Origin: a virus
Lineage: Duplodnaviria; Heunggongvirae; Uroviricota; Caudoviricetes
Virus record (IMG/VR): IMGVR_UViG_2684622580_000010
DNA length: 6,190 nucleotides
Reading direction: 5' to 3' (one strand)
Positions 1 through 6,076 of this stretch are shown here, piece after piece; position 1 is the first letter of the stretch, and every line of letters begins with the position of its first letter. A program made the translations under genes and the position numbers. Under the pieces are notes generated by a model. The model did not search any database and had not been told where the DNA came from. It saw nothing but the letters and a program-made list of their open reading frames with translations.

Positions 1-981
1 TTATAACGTCACTCCGCCTTTTAGTGGATTCAGAGCGACGGCATTTTGCAGGTAGTCAGGCGCAAGGTGCGCATAGGCCATCGTCTGCTGAATGCTCGCA
101 TGTCCCAGAATCTGTTGCAGTGCGATTATATTGCCCCCATTCATCATGAAATGGCTTGCGAATGTATGCCGCAGGATGTGGGTTGCCTGATTGGGTGGTA
201 TATCAGGTTTCACTCTGCGTAAAATCCCGCAAAATTTCTCATAATCAACTTTGAATAATTTGGCGCTGGCCTCCTCTTTAACTTTTTTCTCCAGTTCCTC
301 AGAAATCGGCACGGTTCGCTTTTTACCGTTTTTGGTTTTCAGGAAGGTAACCCTGCAATTTGTAATCTGTGCTGGTTTTAGCGTGGCAACTTCCGTCCAT
401 CTTCCTCCAGTGCTCAGACATAAAAGCGCGACAAGTAAGTCATCACCAGCCAAAACATTTAACAGTTTTTCGATTTCTGCTTTTTCCAGGAACGTCATTT
501 CAGGGTTGGCCTCCGCCAGTGGCGGCAGTCCGTGAATTGGGTGTTGCCCGGAAAATTCATCCAATTGAATTAATTTTGTGAACATGCCGGATAATCGGTA
601 CGTGTCACGGTTTATCGTTGCGGCACTGATACCATCACGTAGTCGCATGGAACGATAATCCATCAAAGCCCTTTTGCTCATCCGGCTCACTGGTATATCA
701 CCTATGCCGCTGATGGTTTTGAGTAGATGATTAAACTCTTTTGTTCCATGCTCGTGGTTTTGCCCGTGATATTTCCACCAGATGTCCAGCAACTCACTCA
801 AAGTTCGGCGGTCTGCTCGCTGGCCTCCCCATTCTTTCTGACTGGCATTGGCGATTGTGTATCGCTCAAATGCTAGTGCTTCAGCTTTTCTTTCGAATTT
901 CCTGCGGATGCGTTTTCCGTCGCGACCGCGAGGTCTAATGTCCACTTCATAGCGACCATCATCGAGCTTCTTAATTGCCAT
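1..981 (-). CDS. int: Tyrosine-family site-specific integrase, P2 Int-like
   Basis: Minus-strand ORF with TAA stop at 3-1. The track starts it at the ATG at 1011-1009 (336 aa), but the ATG at 981-979 is preceded by GGAGGG (revcomp of 989-994) at 7-nt spacing and gives the N-terminus MAIKKLDDGRYEVDIRP, which I recall as typical of P2-family integrases. The C-terminal part has the tyrosine-recombinase box HILRHTFASHF...ILGHASIQQTMAYAHL with the putative catalytic Tyr. Start choice (981 vs 1011) is an inference. Confidence 0.9.
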   Translation of the reverse strand: MAIKKLDDGRYEVDIRPRGRDGKRIRRKFERKAEALAFERYTIANASQKEWGGQRADRRTLSELLDIWWKYHGQNHEHGTKEFNHLLKTISGIGDIPVSRMSKRALMDYRSMRLRDGISAATINRDTYRLSGMFTKLIQLDEFSGQHPIHGLPPLAEANPEMTFLEKAEIEKLLNVLAGDDLLVALLCLSTGGRWTEVATLKPAQITNCRVTFLKTKNGKKRTVPISEELEKKVKEEASAKLFKVDYEKFCGILRRVKPDIPPNQATHILRHTFASHFMMNGGNIIALQQILGHASIQQTMAYAHLAPDYLQNAVALNPLKGGVTL

Positions 982-1050
982 AAGAAAGCCCTCCGGCGCT
1001 GTATTCACCATCTTGGTAGCAAATGGTGAAAATGTAATCTTTATATAGAG

Positions 1051-1344
1051 TTAGCCAATCCTTTTCGCGGAGTGGTTGGACTCTGTTGACTCTGGCCCAA
1101 TGTGCGCGAGAGCCGGTGCGATTTGTCCTGCGTCCGGCGCGGTTTTATCTGTCATAAGCCATAGAGCATATTTTTGGAATGTGGGATGCATAGTGATTTT
1201 TAGCAAAGCTGTGCCACCGGGTTCAAAGTTTCCTCCTTCATATTTTTTAAGTGTGCTTAGCGGTAACTCTATGATTTCACAGAATTTTGATTGGCTTAGC
1301 CCTTCAGCCTCACGCAAGGCCTTAATCTTTTCGCTTAATTTCAT
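1051..1344 (-). CDS. C: Immunity repressor, short HTH protein of the P2 C type (97 aa, no peptidase/autocleavage domain)
   Basis: 97-aa minus-strand ORF directly upstream of int and divergent from the cox-like gene. It has an N-terminal helix-turn-helix-like segment (LSQSKFCEIIELPLSTLKKYEGG) and a C-terminal FQKYALWLMT...QIAPALAH region that matches my recollection of P2 C. Size and position fit P2 C (about 99 aa). Confidence 0.75.
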   Translation of the reverse strand: MKLSEKIKALREAEGLSQSKFCEIIELPLSTLKKYEGGNFEPGGTALLKITMHPTFQKYALWLMTDKTAPDAGQIAPALAHIGPESTESNHSAKRIG

Positions 1345-1465
1345 TTGACATGGTGCCTATATAGGGACTAAATTCCCTCAAAACTGGAACCTATATAGGT
1401 TCCATTGATTTGAGAATAAACCAGCGTCTAAACGGTTTTGAGTGGTTTAGAAAGGGCTGGATCCT
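1345..1465. promoter_or_regulatory. Divergent immunity switch region: candidate early promoter (Pe-like) and candidate repressor operators
   Basis: Perfect -35 hexamer TTGACA at 1345-1350 on the + strand, with a TAAATT -10-like hexamer at 1369-1374 (18-bp spacer). Two identical 10-bp palindromes CCTATATAGG sit at 1356-1365 and 1390-1399 (the second within a perfect 18-bp palindrome GGAACCTATATAGGTTCC, 1386-1403), 34 bp centre to centre. The leftward promoter for C-int (Pc) could not be placed with confidence. Confidence 0.45.
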
Positions 1466-1753
1466 ATGAGGGTACCATATATGGACGCTGAAAATTATGT
1501 GATTCAGTATCCGCTTGATGCGGTTCATGTGGATAAATTTGCTGATTTATTAGGGAAGCCAAAGACAGCCGTCAGTGAAATGGTGAAGGCAAATAAATTA
1601 CCAATTATTGAATTGCGTGATCCTTGCAAACCGAAGGCTCGTGCCGGTGAAAAATGGGTTTTCATTCCTGAGTTTAATCGCGCTGTACGTGAGGCGTTTT
1701 ATAACCGACCGGTTGAACAGCGTGATGCATGGCTCTTGTGGATGGGGTTGTGA
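1466..1753 (+). CDS. cox: Cox-like excisionase / early-late switch protein (P2 Cox family)
   Basis: 95-aa ORF divergent from the repressor and first gene of the rightward operon. The translation (…KLPIIELRDPCKPKARAGEKWVFIPEFN…RDAWLLWMGL) resembles my recollection of P2 Cox (…KLPVIDMTDP…RAGEYWVYLP…WLMWLGL). An alternative start is the ATG at 1481; a purine-rich stretch lies upstream of both. Confidence 0.75.
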   Translation: MRVPYMDAENYVIQYPLDAVHVDKFADLLGKPKTAVSEMVKANKLPIIELRDPCKPKARAGEKWVFIPEFNRAVREAFYNRPVEQRDAWLLWMGL

Positions 1754-1755
1754 TT

Positions 1756-1926
1756 ATGAATGAGCCGCGTTGTATTGCTCAGTTACTGCGTAACGAAAGC
1801 CCCAGGGCGATTGACTTCACCATCACCCACGGGAAGGGGCGCAAGGGAATCATTATCCGCACCAAAAAACAGAGTCCGTTAAAGAAGGCTCTGACCTTTC
1901 TGAAAAGCCGGAGGGTATGGAAATGA
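1756..1926 (+). CDS. Small basic hypothetical protein (56 aa), in the position of P2 orf78
   Basis: In-frame ATG at 1756, 2 nt after the cox stop (TGA 1751-1753). Its stop TGA (1924-1926) overlaps the B-like start in an ATGA junction. Lys/Arg-rich translation (MNEPRCIAQLLRNESPRAIDFTITHGKGRKGIIIRTKKQ…). The track ORF 1729-1926 includes 9 upstream codons that overlap cox. Confidence 0.5.
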   Translation: MNEPRCIAQLLRNESPRAIDFTITHGKGRKGIIIRTKKQSPLKKALTFLKSRRVWK

Positions 1927-2423
1927 CAGTGATGACGCTTAATCTCGTTGAAAAACAGCCAGCAGCTATGCGCCGGATAATTGGTAAGCATCTTGCCGTC
2001 CCTCGCTGGCAGGATACATGTGATTATTATAATCAGATGATGGAGCGCGAACGGTTAACGGTTTGCTTCCATGCGCAGTTAAAACAACGTCACGCAACGA
2101 TGCGTTTTGAAGAAATGAACGACGTCGAACGTGAACGGCTGGTTTGTGCAATTGATGAACTGCGCGGGGCATTCTCAAAACGCCGTCAGGTTGGCGCAAG
2201 TGAGTATGCATATATTAGTTTTTTAACAGTCAGTCAGCGTCGCACTTTATTTATGCACGCACGACTGACAGAAAAAGAATTTAACCAGCCATACTGGCGA
2301 ATTAATGAAGAATCATGTTACTGGCGTGATGCTTTATTCCGTGCATTACGTGAGTTATTCAGTCTGTTTGAGTATGCACCGACAATTCTGACGTCGGTAA
2401 AACCAGAGCAATATCTGCATTAA
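1923..2423 (+). CDS. B: P2 B-like replication protein (166 aa)
   Basis: The ATG at 1923 is preceded by GGAGGG (1910-1915) at 7-nt spacing; the track's ATG at 1917 has only 1-nt spacing. The product is 166 aa, the size I recall for P2 B, and it sits where B sits in P2 (after cox/orf78, before the small orfs and A). Assignment rests on synteny, size and recalled sequence. Confidence 0.65.
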   Translation: MTVMTLNLVEKQPAAMRRIIGKHLAVPRWQDTCDYYNQMMERERLTVCFHAQLKQRHATMRFEEMNDVERERLVCAIDELRGAFSKRRQVGASEYAYISFLTVSQRRTLFMHARLTEKEFNQPYWRINEESCYWRDALFRALRELFSLFEYAPTILTSVKPEQYLH

Positions 2424-2486
2424 ATAATTAACCAGAGTTTTTAACGCACTTAATCGTGCGGGGCTTCTTTTTGCCTGGAGAAAGTT

Positions 2487-2711
2487 ATGCATACAGTTTC
2501 TGAAAACAAGTGCGGTAAATACGCATTACTGCTGCAACAGGCCAGAGCCGAAGCACAGGCCGACGCAGCGACACGCTTTTCTTCTCATCTTGACGCCATG
2601 ATTCGCCACATCACAAAGGCGGAGTTATCCCGCGTGGAGATAGTCGAGCTGCTCAGTCAGGAGTCGGAAAAATTTCACAATATCGGATTGTCTCGCGGGG
2701 AGGTGCTTTGA
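2487..2711 (+). CDS. Hypothetical early protein (74 aa), in the position of P2 orf80
   Basis: ORF with GGAG (2477-2480) 6 nt upstream of the ATG. Its stop TGA (2709-2711) overlaps the next ATG (2711-2713) as TGATG. No recognisable motif. Confidence 0.6.
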   Translation: MHTVSENKCGKYALLLQQARAEAQADAATRFSSHLDAMIRHITKAELSRVEIVELLSQESEKFHNIGLSRGEVL

Positions 2712-3010
2712 TGTCCTGTTCTCGTTCAGTTGTATTACTGAATAACGCCTTAAAAATCGCCGTTATGGAGAATGGCGATTTGTCTCTTATTCAACTTAGG
2801 TTTGATAAAGAAAAACGCGAAATAACTGAATCTGTTTTCGCGATTTATCAGAACGAATTAAATCTCCTGTCTGATGTGGTCAATTTACTTGTTAAACGCG
2901 CTGTATTTCATAAGCAAATTTCCTCAGTGGATGAACTGACAAAATTAACGACAGAACTTGCCAGTTATTGCGCTGATGTATCCAGGAAACTTAACGATAA
3001 AAGGAGCTGA
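2711..3010 (+). CDS. Hypothetical early protein (99 aa), AT-rich, in the position of P2 orf81
   Basis: ATG at 2711 preceded by GGGGAGG (2697-2703). Composition is roughly 40% GC by eye versus about 50-55% in the neighbours. The track begins this ORF 3 nt upstream at a TTG. Confidence 0.6.
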   Translation: MSCSRSVVLLNNALKIAVMENGDLSLIQLRFDKEKREITESVFAIYQNELNLLSDVVNLLVKRAVFHKQISSVDELTKLTTELASYCADVSRKLNDKRS

Positions 3011-3012
3011 TA

Positions 3013-3237
3013 ATGCCGGACAACGTAGATTTTATTCAGGAACAACAGGCTGAATTACTGGAGCGCCAGATTAACGCGGCAAGGGTAAAACATTGCGGTG
3101 TTTCTGCGCTGGTTTGCGAAGAGTGTGACGCACCAATACCTGCTGCCCGTCGTGCGGCTTATCCGTCAGCCACGCGTTGTGTTTCCTGTCAGTCAGTCTT
3201 TGAAGCAAAAAACAAACATTACCGGAGAACGGCATGA
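3013..3237 (+). CDS. TraR/DksA-family C4 zinc-finger protein (74 aa), in the position of P2 orf82
   Basis: AAGGAG (3001-3006) 6 nt upstream of the ATG. The translation carries two cysteine pairs in the spacing typical of TraR/DksA C4 zinc fingers (…VCEECDAPIP…ATRCVSCQ…). Confidence 0.7.
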   Translation: MPDNVDFIQEQQAELLERQINAARVKHCGVSALVCEECDAPIPAARRAAYPSATRCVSCQSVFEAKNKHYRRTA

Positions 3238-3509
3238 GTATTCGTATTGAAATTGGCGAACGTTATGTCGTTACCAGTGACAGCTTTCAGTTTATTCTCC
3301 ACGAGAAAAAGAGAGCGGAAAGCGGTAAAAACGCCGGTCAGGAATGGCTGGCGGTGGTTGGTTATTACCCGAAATTAAGCCAGCTCGTTTCCGGCCTGAT
3401 GCATCACGATATTCTGACCGGAAGCGCAAAGTCTTTTGCTGATTTAAACGCGCAGGTTGAGCAACTCAGCAAGCGTTGTTCAGAGGCTTTTGGCTCATAT
3501 GGCCGTTAA
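3234..3509 (+). CDS. Hypothetical early protein (91 aa), in the position of P2 orf83
   Basis: ATG at 3234 overlaps the preceding stop (ATGA), with GGAG at 3223-3226. The 3' end overlaps the start of A by 11 nt. Confidence 0.6.
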   Translation: MSIRIEIGERYVVTSDSFQFILHEKKRAESGKNAGQEWLAVVGYYPKLSQLVSGLMHHDILTGSAKSFADLNAQVEQLSKRCSEAFGSYGR

Positions 3510-4614
3510 AGCCTCCGGGCGTTTTGTCCCTCCGTCAGCATTTGCCGCAGGCACCGGTAAGACGTTTACCGGTGCTTATGCATGGAACGCGCCACGCGAG
3601 GCCGTCGGGCGCGAAAGACCCCTTACACGTGACGAGATGCGTCAGGTGCAAGGTGTTTTATCCACGATTAACCGCCTGCCTTACTTTTTGCGCTCGCTGT
3701 TTACTTCACGCTATGACTACATCCGGCGCAATAAAAGCCCGGTGCACGGGTTTTATTTCCTCACATCCACTTTTCAGCGTCGTTTATGGCCGCGCATTGA
3801 GCGTGTGAATCAGCGCCATGAAATGAACACCGACGCGTCGTTGCTGTTTCTGGCAGAGCGTGATCACTATGCGCGCCTGCCGGGAATGAATGACAAGGAG
3901 CTGAAAAAGTTTGCCGCCCGTATCTCATCGCAGCTTTTCATGATGTATGAGGAACTCAGCGATGCCTGGGTGGATGCGCATGGCGAAAAAGAATCACTGT
4001 TTACGGATGAGGCGCAGGCTCACCTCTATGGTCATGTTGCTGGCGCTGCACGTGCTTTCAATATTTCCCCTCTCTACTGGAAAAAATACCGTAAAGGACA
4101 GATGACCACGAGGCAGGCATATTCTGCCATTGCCCGTCTGTTTAACGATGAGTGGTGGACTCATCAGCTTAAAGGCCAGCGTATGCGCTGGCATGAGGCG
4201 TTACTGATAGCTGTCGGGGAGGTCAATAAAGACCGTTCTCCTTATGCCAGTAAACATGCCATTCGGGATGTGCGTGCACGCCGCCAGGCAAATCTGGAAT
4301 TTCTTAAATCGTGTGACCTTGAAAACAGGGAAACCGGCGAGCGCATCGACCTTATCAGTAAGGTGATGGGCAGTATTTCTAATCCTGAAATTCGCCGGAT
4401 GGAGCTGATGAACACCATTACCGGTATTGAGCGTTACGCCGCTGCAGAGGGTGATGTGGGGATGTTTATCACGCTGACCGCGCCGTCAAAGTATCACCCG
4501 ACACGTCAGGTAGGAAAAGGCGAAAGTAAAACCGTGCAGCTTAATCACGGCTGGAACGATGAGGCATTAATCCAAAGGATGCGCAGCGTTATCTCTGCCG
4601 TATCTGGAGCCTGA
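3499..4614 (+). CDS. A: Replication initiator A (P2 A-like), N-terminal portion ending prematurely at TGA 4612-4614
   Basis: The ATG at 3499 gives MAVKASGRFVPPSAFAAGTGK…, which I recognise as the P2 A N-terminus; the track ORF starts 14 codons upstream at 3457. The frame stops at 4612-4614 after about 371 codons, whereas P2 A is about 761 aa, and the rest of the protein continues in another frame. Confidence 0.8.
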   Translation: MAVKASGRFVPPSAFAAGTGKTFTGAYAWNAPREAVGRERPLTRDEMRQVQGVLSTINRLPYFLRSLFTSRYDYIRRNKSPVHGFYFLTSTFQRRLWPRIERVNQRHEMNTDASLLFLAERDHYARLPGMNDKELKKFAARISSQLFMMYEELSDAWVDAHGEKESLFTDEAQAHLYGHVAGAARAFNISPLYWKKYRKGQMTTRQAYSAIARLFNDEWWTHQLKGQRMRWHEALLIAVGEVNKDRSPYASKHAIRDVRARRQANLEFLKSCDLENRETGERIDLISKVMGSISNPEIRRMELMNTITGIERYAAAEGDVGMFITLTAPSKYHPTRQVGKGESKTVQLNHGWNDEALIQRMRSVISAVSGA

Positions 4615-5774
4615 TGCGCACGGCATTCAAGGATAATGATTTACAGGTCTACGGTTTGCGTGTCGTCGAGCCACACCACGACGGAACGCCGCACTGGCAT
4701 ATGATGCTTTTTTGTAATCCACGCCAGCGTAACCAGATTATCGAAATCATGCGTCGCTACGCGCTCAAAGAGGATGGAGACGAAAGAGGAGCTGCGCGAA
4801 ACCGTTTTCAGGCAAAACACCTTAACCGGGGCGGTGCTGCGGGATATATCGCGAAATACATTTCAAAAAACATCGACGGCTATGCACTGGATGGTCAGCT
4901 CGATAACGATACCGGCAGGCCGCTGAAAGACACTGCCGCGGCTGTTACCGCATGGGCGTCAACGTGGCGCATTCCGCAATTTAAAACGGTTGGCCTGCCG
5001 ACAATGGGGGCTTACCGTGAACTACGCAAATTGCCTCGCGGCGTCAGCATTGCTGATGAGTTTGACGAACGCGTCGAGGCTGCACGCGCTGCCGCAGACA
5101 GTGGCGATTTTGCGCTGTATATCAGCGCGCAGGGTGGGGCAAATGTCCCGCGCGATTGTCAGACTGTCAGGGTCGCCCGTAGCCCGTCGGATGACGTTAA
5201 CGAGTACGAGGAAGAAGTCGAGAGAGTGGTCGGCATTTACGCGCCGCATCTCGGCGCGCGTCATATTCATATCACCAGAACGACGGACTGGCGCATTGTG
5301 CCGAAAGTTCCGGTCGTTGAGCCTTTGACTTTAAAAAGCGGCATCGCCGCGCCTCGGAGTCCTGTCAATAACTGTGGAAAGCTCAACGGTGGTGATACTT
5401 CGTTACCGGCTCCCACACCTTCTGAGCACGCCGCAGCAGTGCTTAATCTGGTTGATGACGGTGTTATTGAATGGAATGAACCTGAGGTCGTGAGGGCGCT
5501 CAGGGGCGCATTAAAACACGACCTGAGAACGCCAAACCGTCAGCAAAGAAACGGAAGCCCGTTAAAACCGCATGAAATTGCACCATCTGCCAGACTGACC
5601 CGGTCGGAACGATTGCAAATTACCCGTATCCGCGTTGACCTCGCTCAGAACGGTATCAGGCCGCAACGATGGGAGCTTGAGGCGCTGGCGCGTGGCGCGA
5701 CCGTAAATTATGACGGGAAAAAATTTACGTATCCGGTTGCTGATGAGTGGCCGGGGTTCTCGTTACCCATTTGA
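4614..5774 (+). CDS. A: Replication initiator A, C-terminal catalytic portion (HUH rolling-circle nickase motifs), in a different frame from the N-terminal part
   Basis: This frame is open from 4563. The first ATG at 4614 overlaps the upstream stop as TGATG, with GGAG at 4606-4609. It encodes the HUH motif (TPHWHMMLF; HWH codons at 4692-4700) and the tandem-tyrosine motif YIAKYISK (Tyr codons at 4845-4847 and 4857-4859). Confidence 0.8.
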   Translation: MRTAFKDNDLQVYGLRVVEPHHDGTPHWHMMLFCNPRQRNQIIEIMRRYALKEDGDERGAARNRFQAKHLNRGGAAGYIAKYISKNIDGYALDGQLDNDTGRPLKDTAAAVTAWASTWRIPQFKTVGLPTMGAYRELRKLPRGVSIADEFDERVEAARAAADSGDFALYISAQGGANVPRDCQTVRVARSPSDDVNEYEEEVERVVGIYAPHLGARHIHITRTTDWRIVPKVPVVEPLTLKSGIAAPRSPVNNCGKLNGGDTSLPAPTPSEHAAAVLNLVDDGVIEWNEPEVVRALRGALKHDLRTPNRQQRNGSPLKPHEIAPSARLTRSERLQITRIRVDLAQNGIRPQRWELEALARGATVNYDGKKFTYPVADEWPGFSLPI

Positions 5775-6034
5775 GTGAAAACACAACGTGATTTGATATG
5801 GCATTGAATGGCTTATGCGGAGCAGTTATGGGGCAGCAGAAGGTCAATAGCATGCTGAATTAGAAGGCTAAATGCTATTGAGTGACTAGCATGTCGGTAA
5901 GGACAGCCGTTTGATCCGGGTCATAAAAGGCCATCCATTTAGTCTAATAAAATCATTGCGGGTAACCTTATGTCGACGCATAATTCGTCTTGAGCGAAGT
6001 CTTGTCAGTCTTTCATCGTATTGATGATGGGCGC

Positions 6035-6064
6035 AAAAAAACCACCCTGGCAGGTGGTTTTTTT
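6035..6064. terminator. Rho-independent terminator, probably bidirectional
   Basis: A-run (6035-6041), stem ACCACC (6041-6046) pairing with GGTGGT (6053-6058), a 6-nt loop, then a T-run (6058-6064). The flanking A and T runs let it work on either strand, closing the A operon and the convergent minus-strand ORF ending at 6077. Confidence 0.75.
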
Positions 6065-6076
6065 GTTTGAAGCATA

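Noticed and set aside
251-938. Plus-strand ORFs 251-535, 369-581 and 741-938 from the six-frame track
   Set aside because: They lie entirely antisense within the integrase gene, have no ribosome-binding sites and give low-complexity translations; they are shadow ORFs.
982-1050. Possible attP in the int-C intergenic gap
   Set aside because: 69 bp is too short for a core plus arm sites and no repeat structure is evident; the att site more likely lies beyond the left edge.
1076-1348. Plus-strand 90-aa ORF overlapping the repressor gene
   Set aside because: Antisense to a well-supported HTH repressor ORF, with no ribosome-binding site; a shadow ORF.
1779-2211. Minus-strand ORFs 1779-1991 and 1966-2211
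   Set aside because: Antisense to the coupled small ORF and B-like gene; no independent start signals.
2444-2472. Short hairpin (CGCAC / GTGCG, 2445-2460) followed by a T-rich run after the B-like gene
   Set aside because: The stem is only 5 bp and the T-run is interrupted; at most a weak attenuator, so not listed as a terminator.
3476-3808. Plus-strand 110-aa ORF in an alternative frame within A
   Set aside because: It overlaps the recognisable A N-terminal frame, and its translation is Cys/Arg/Leu-rich, typical of an out-of-frame read of a GC-rich gene.
3994-5328. ORFs 3994-4194 (-), 4990-5328 (+) and 5022-5270 (-) inside A
   Set aside because: All lie within the conserved A coding frames and lack start signals; they are shadow ORFs.
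5798-5863. 21-codon plus-strand ORF just downstream of A
   Set aside because: Too short, no convincing ribosome-binding site and no recognisable motif; cannot be told apart from chance.
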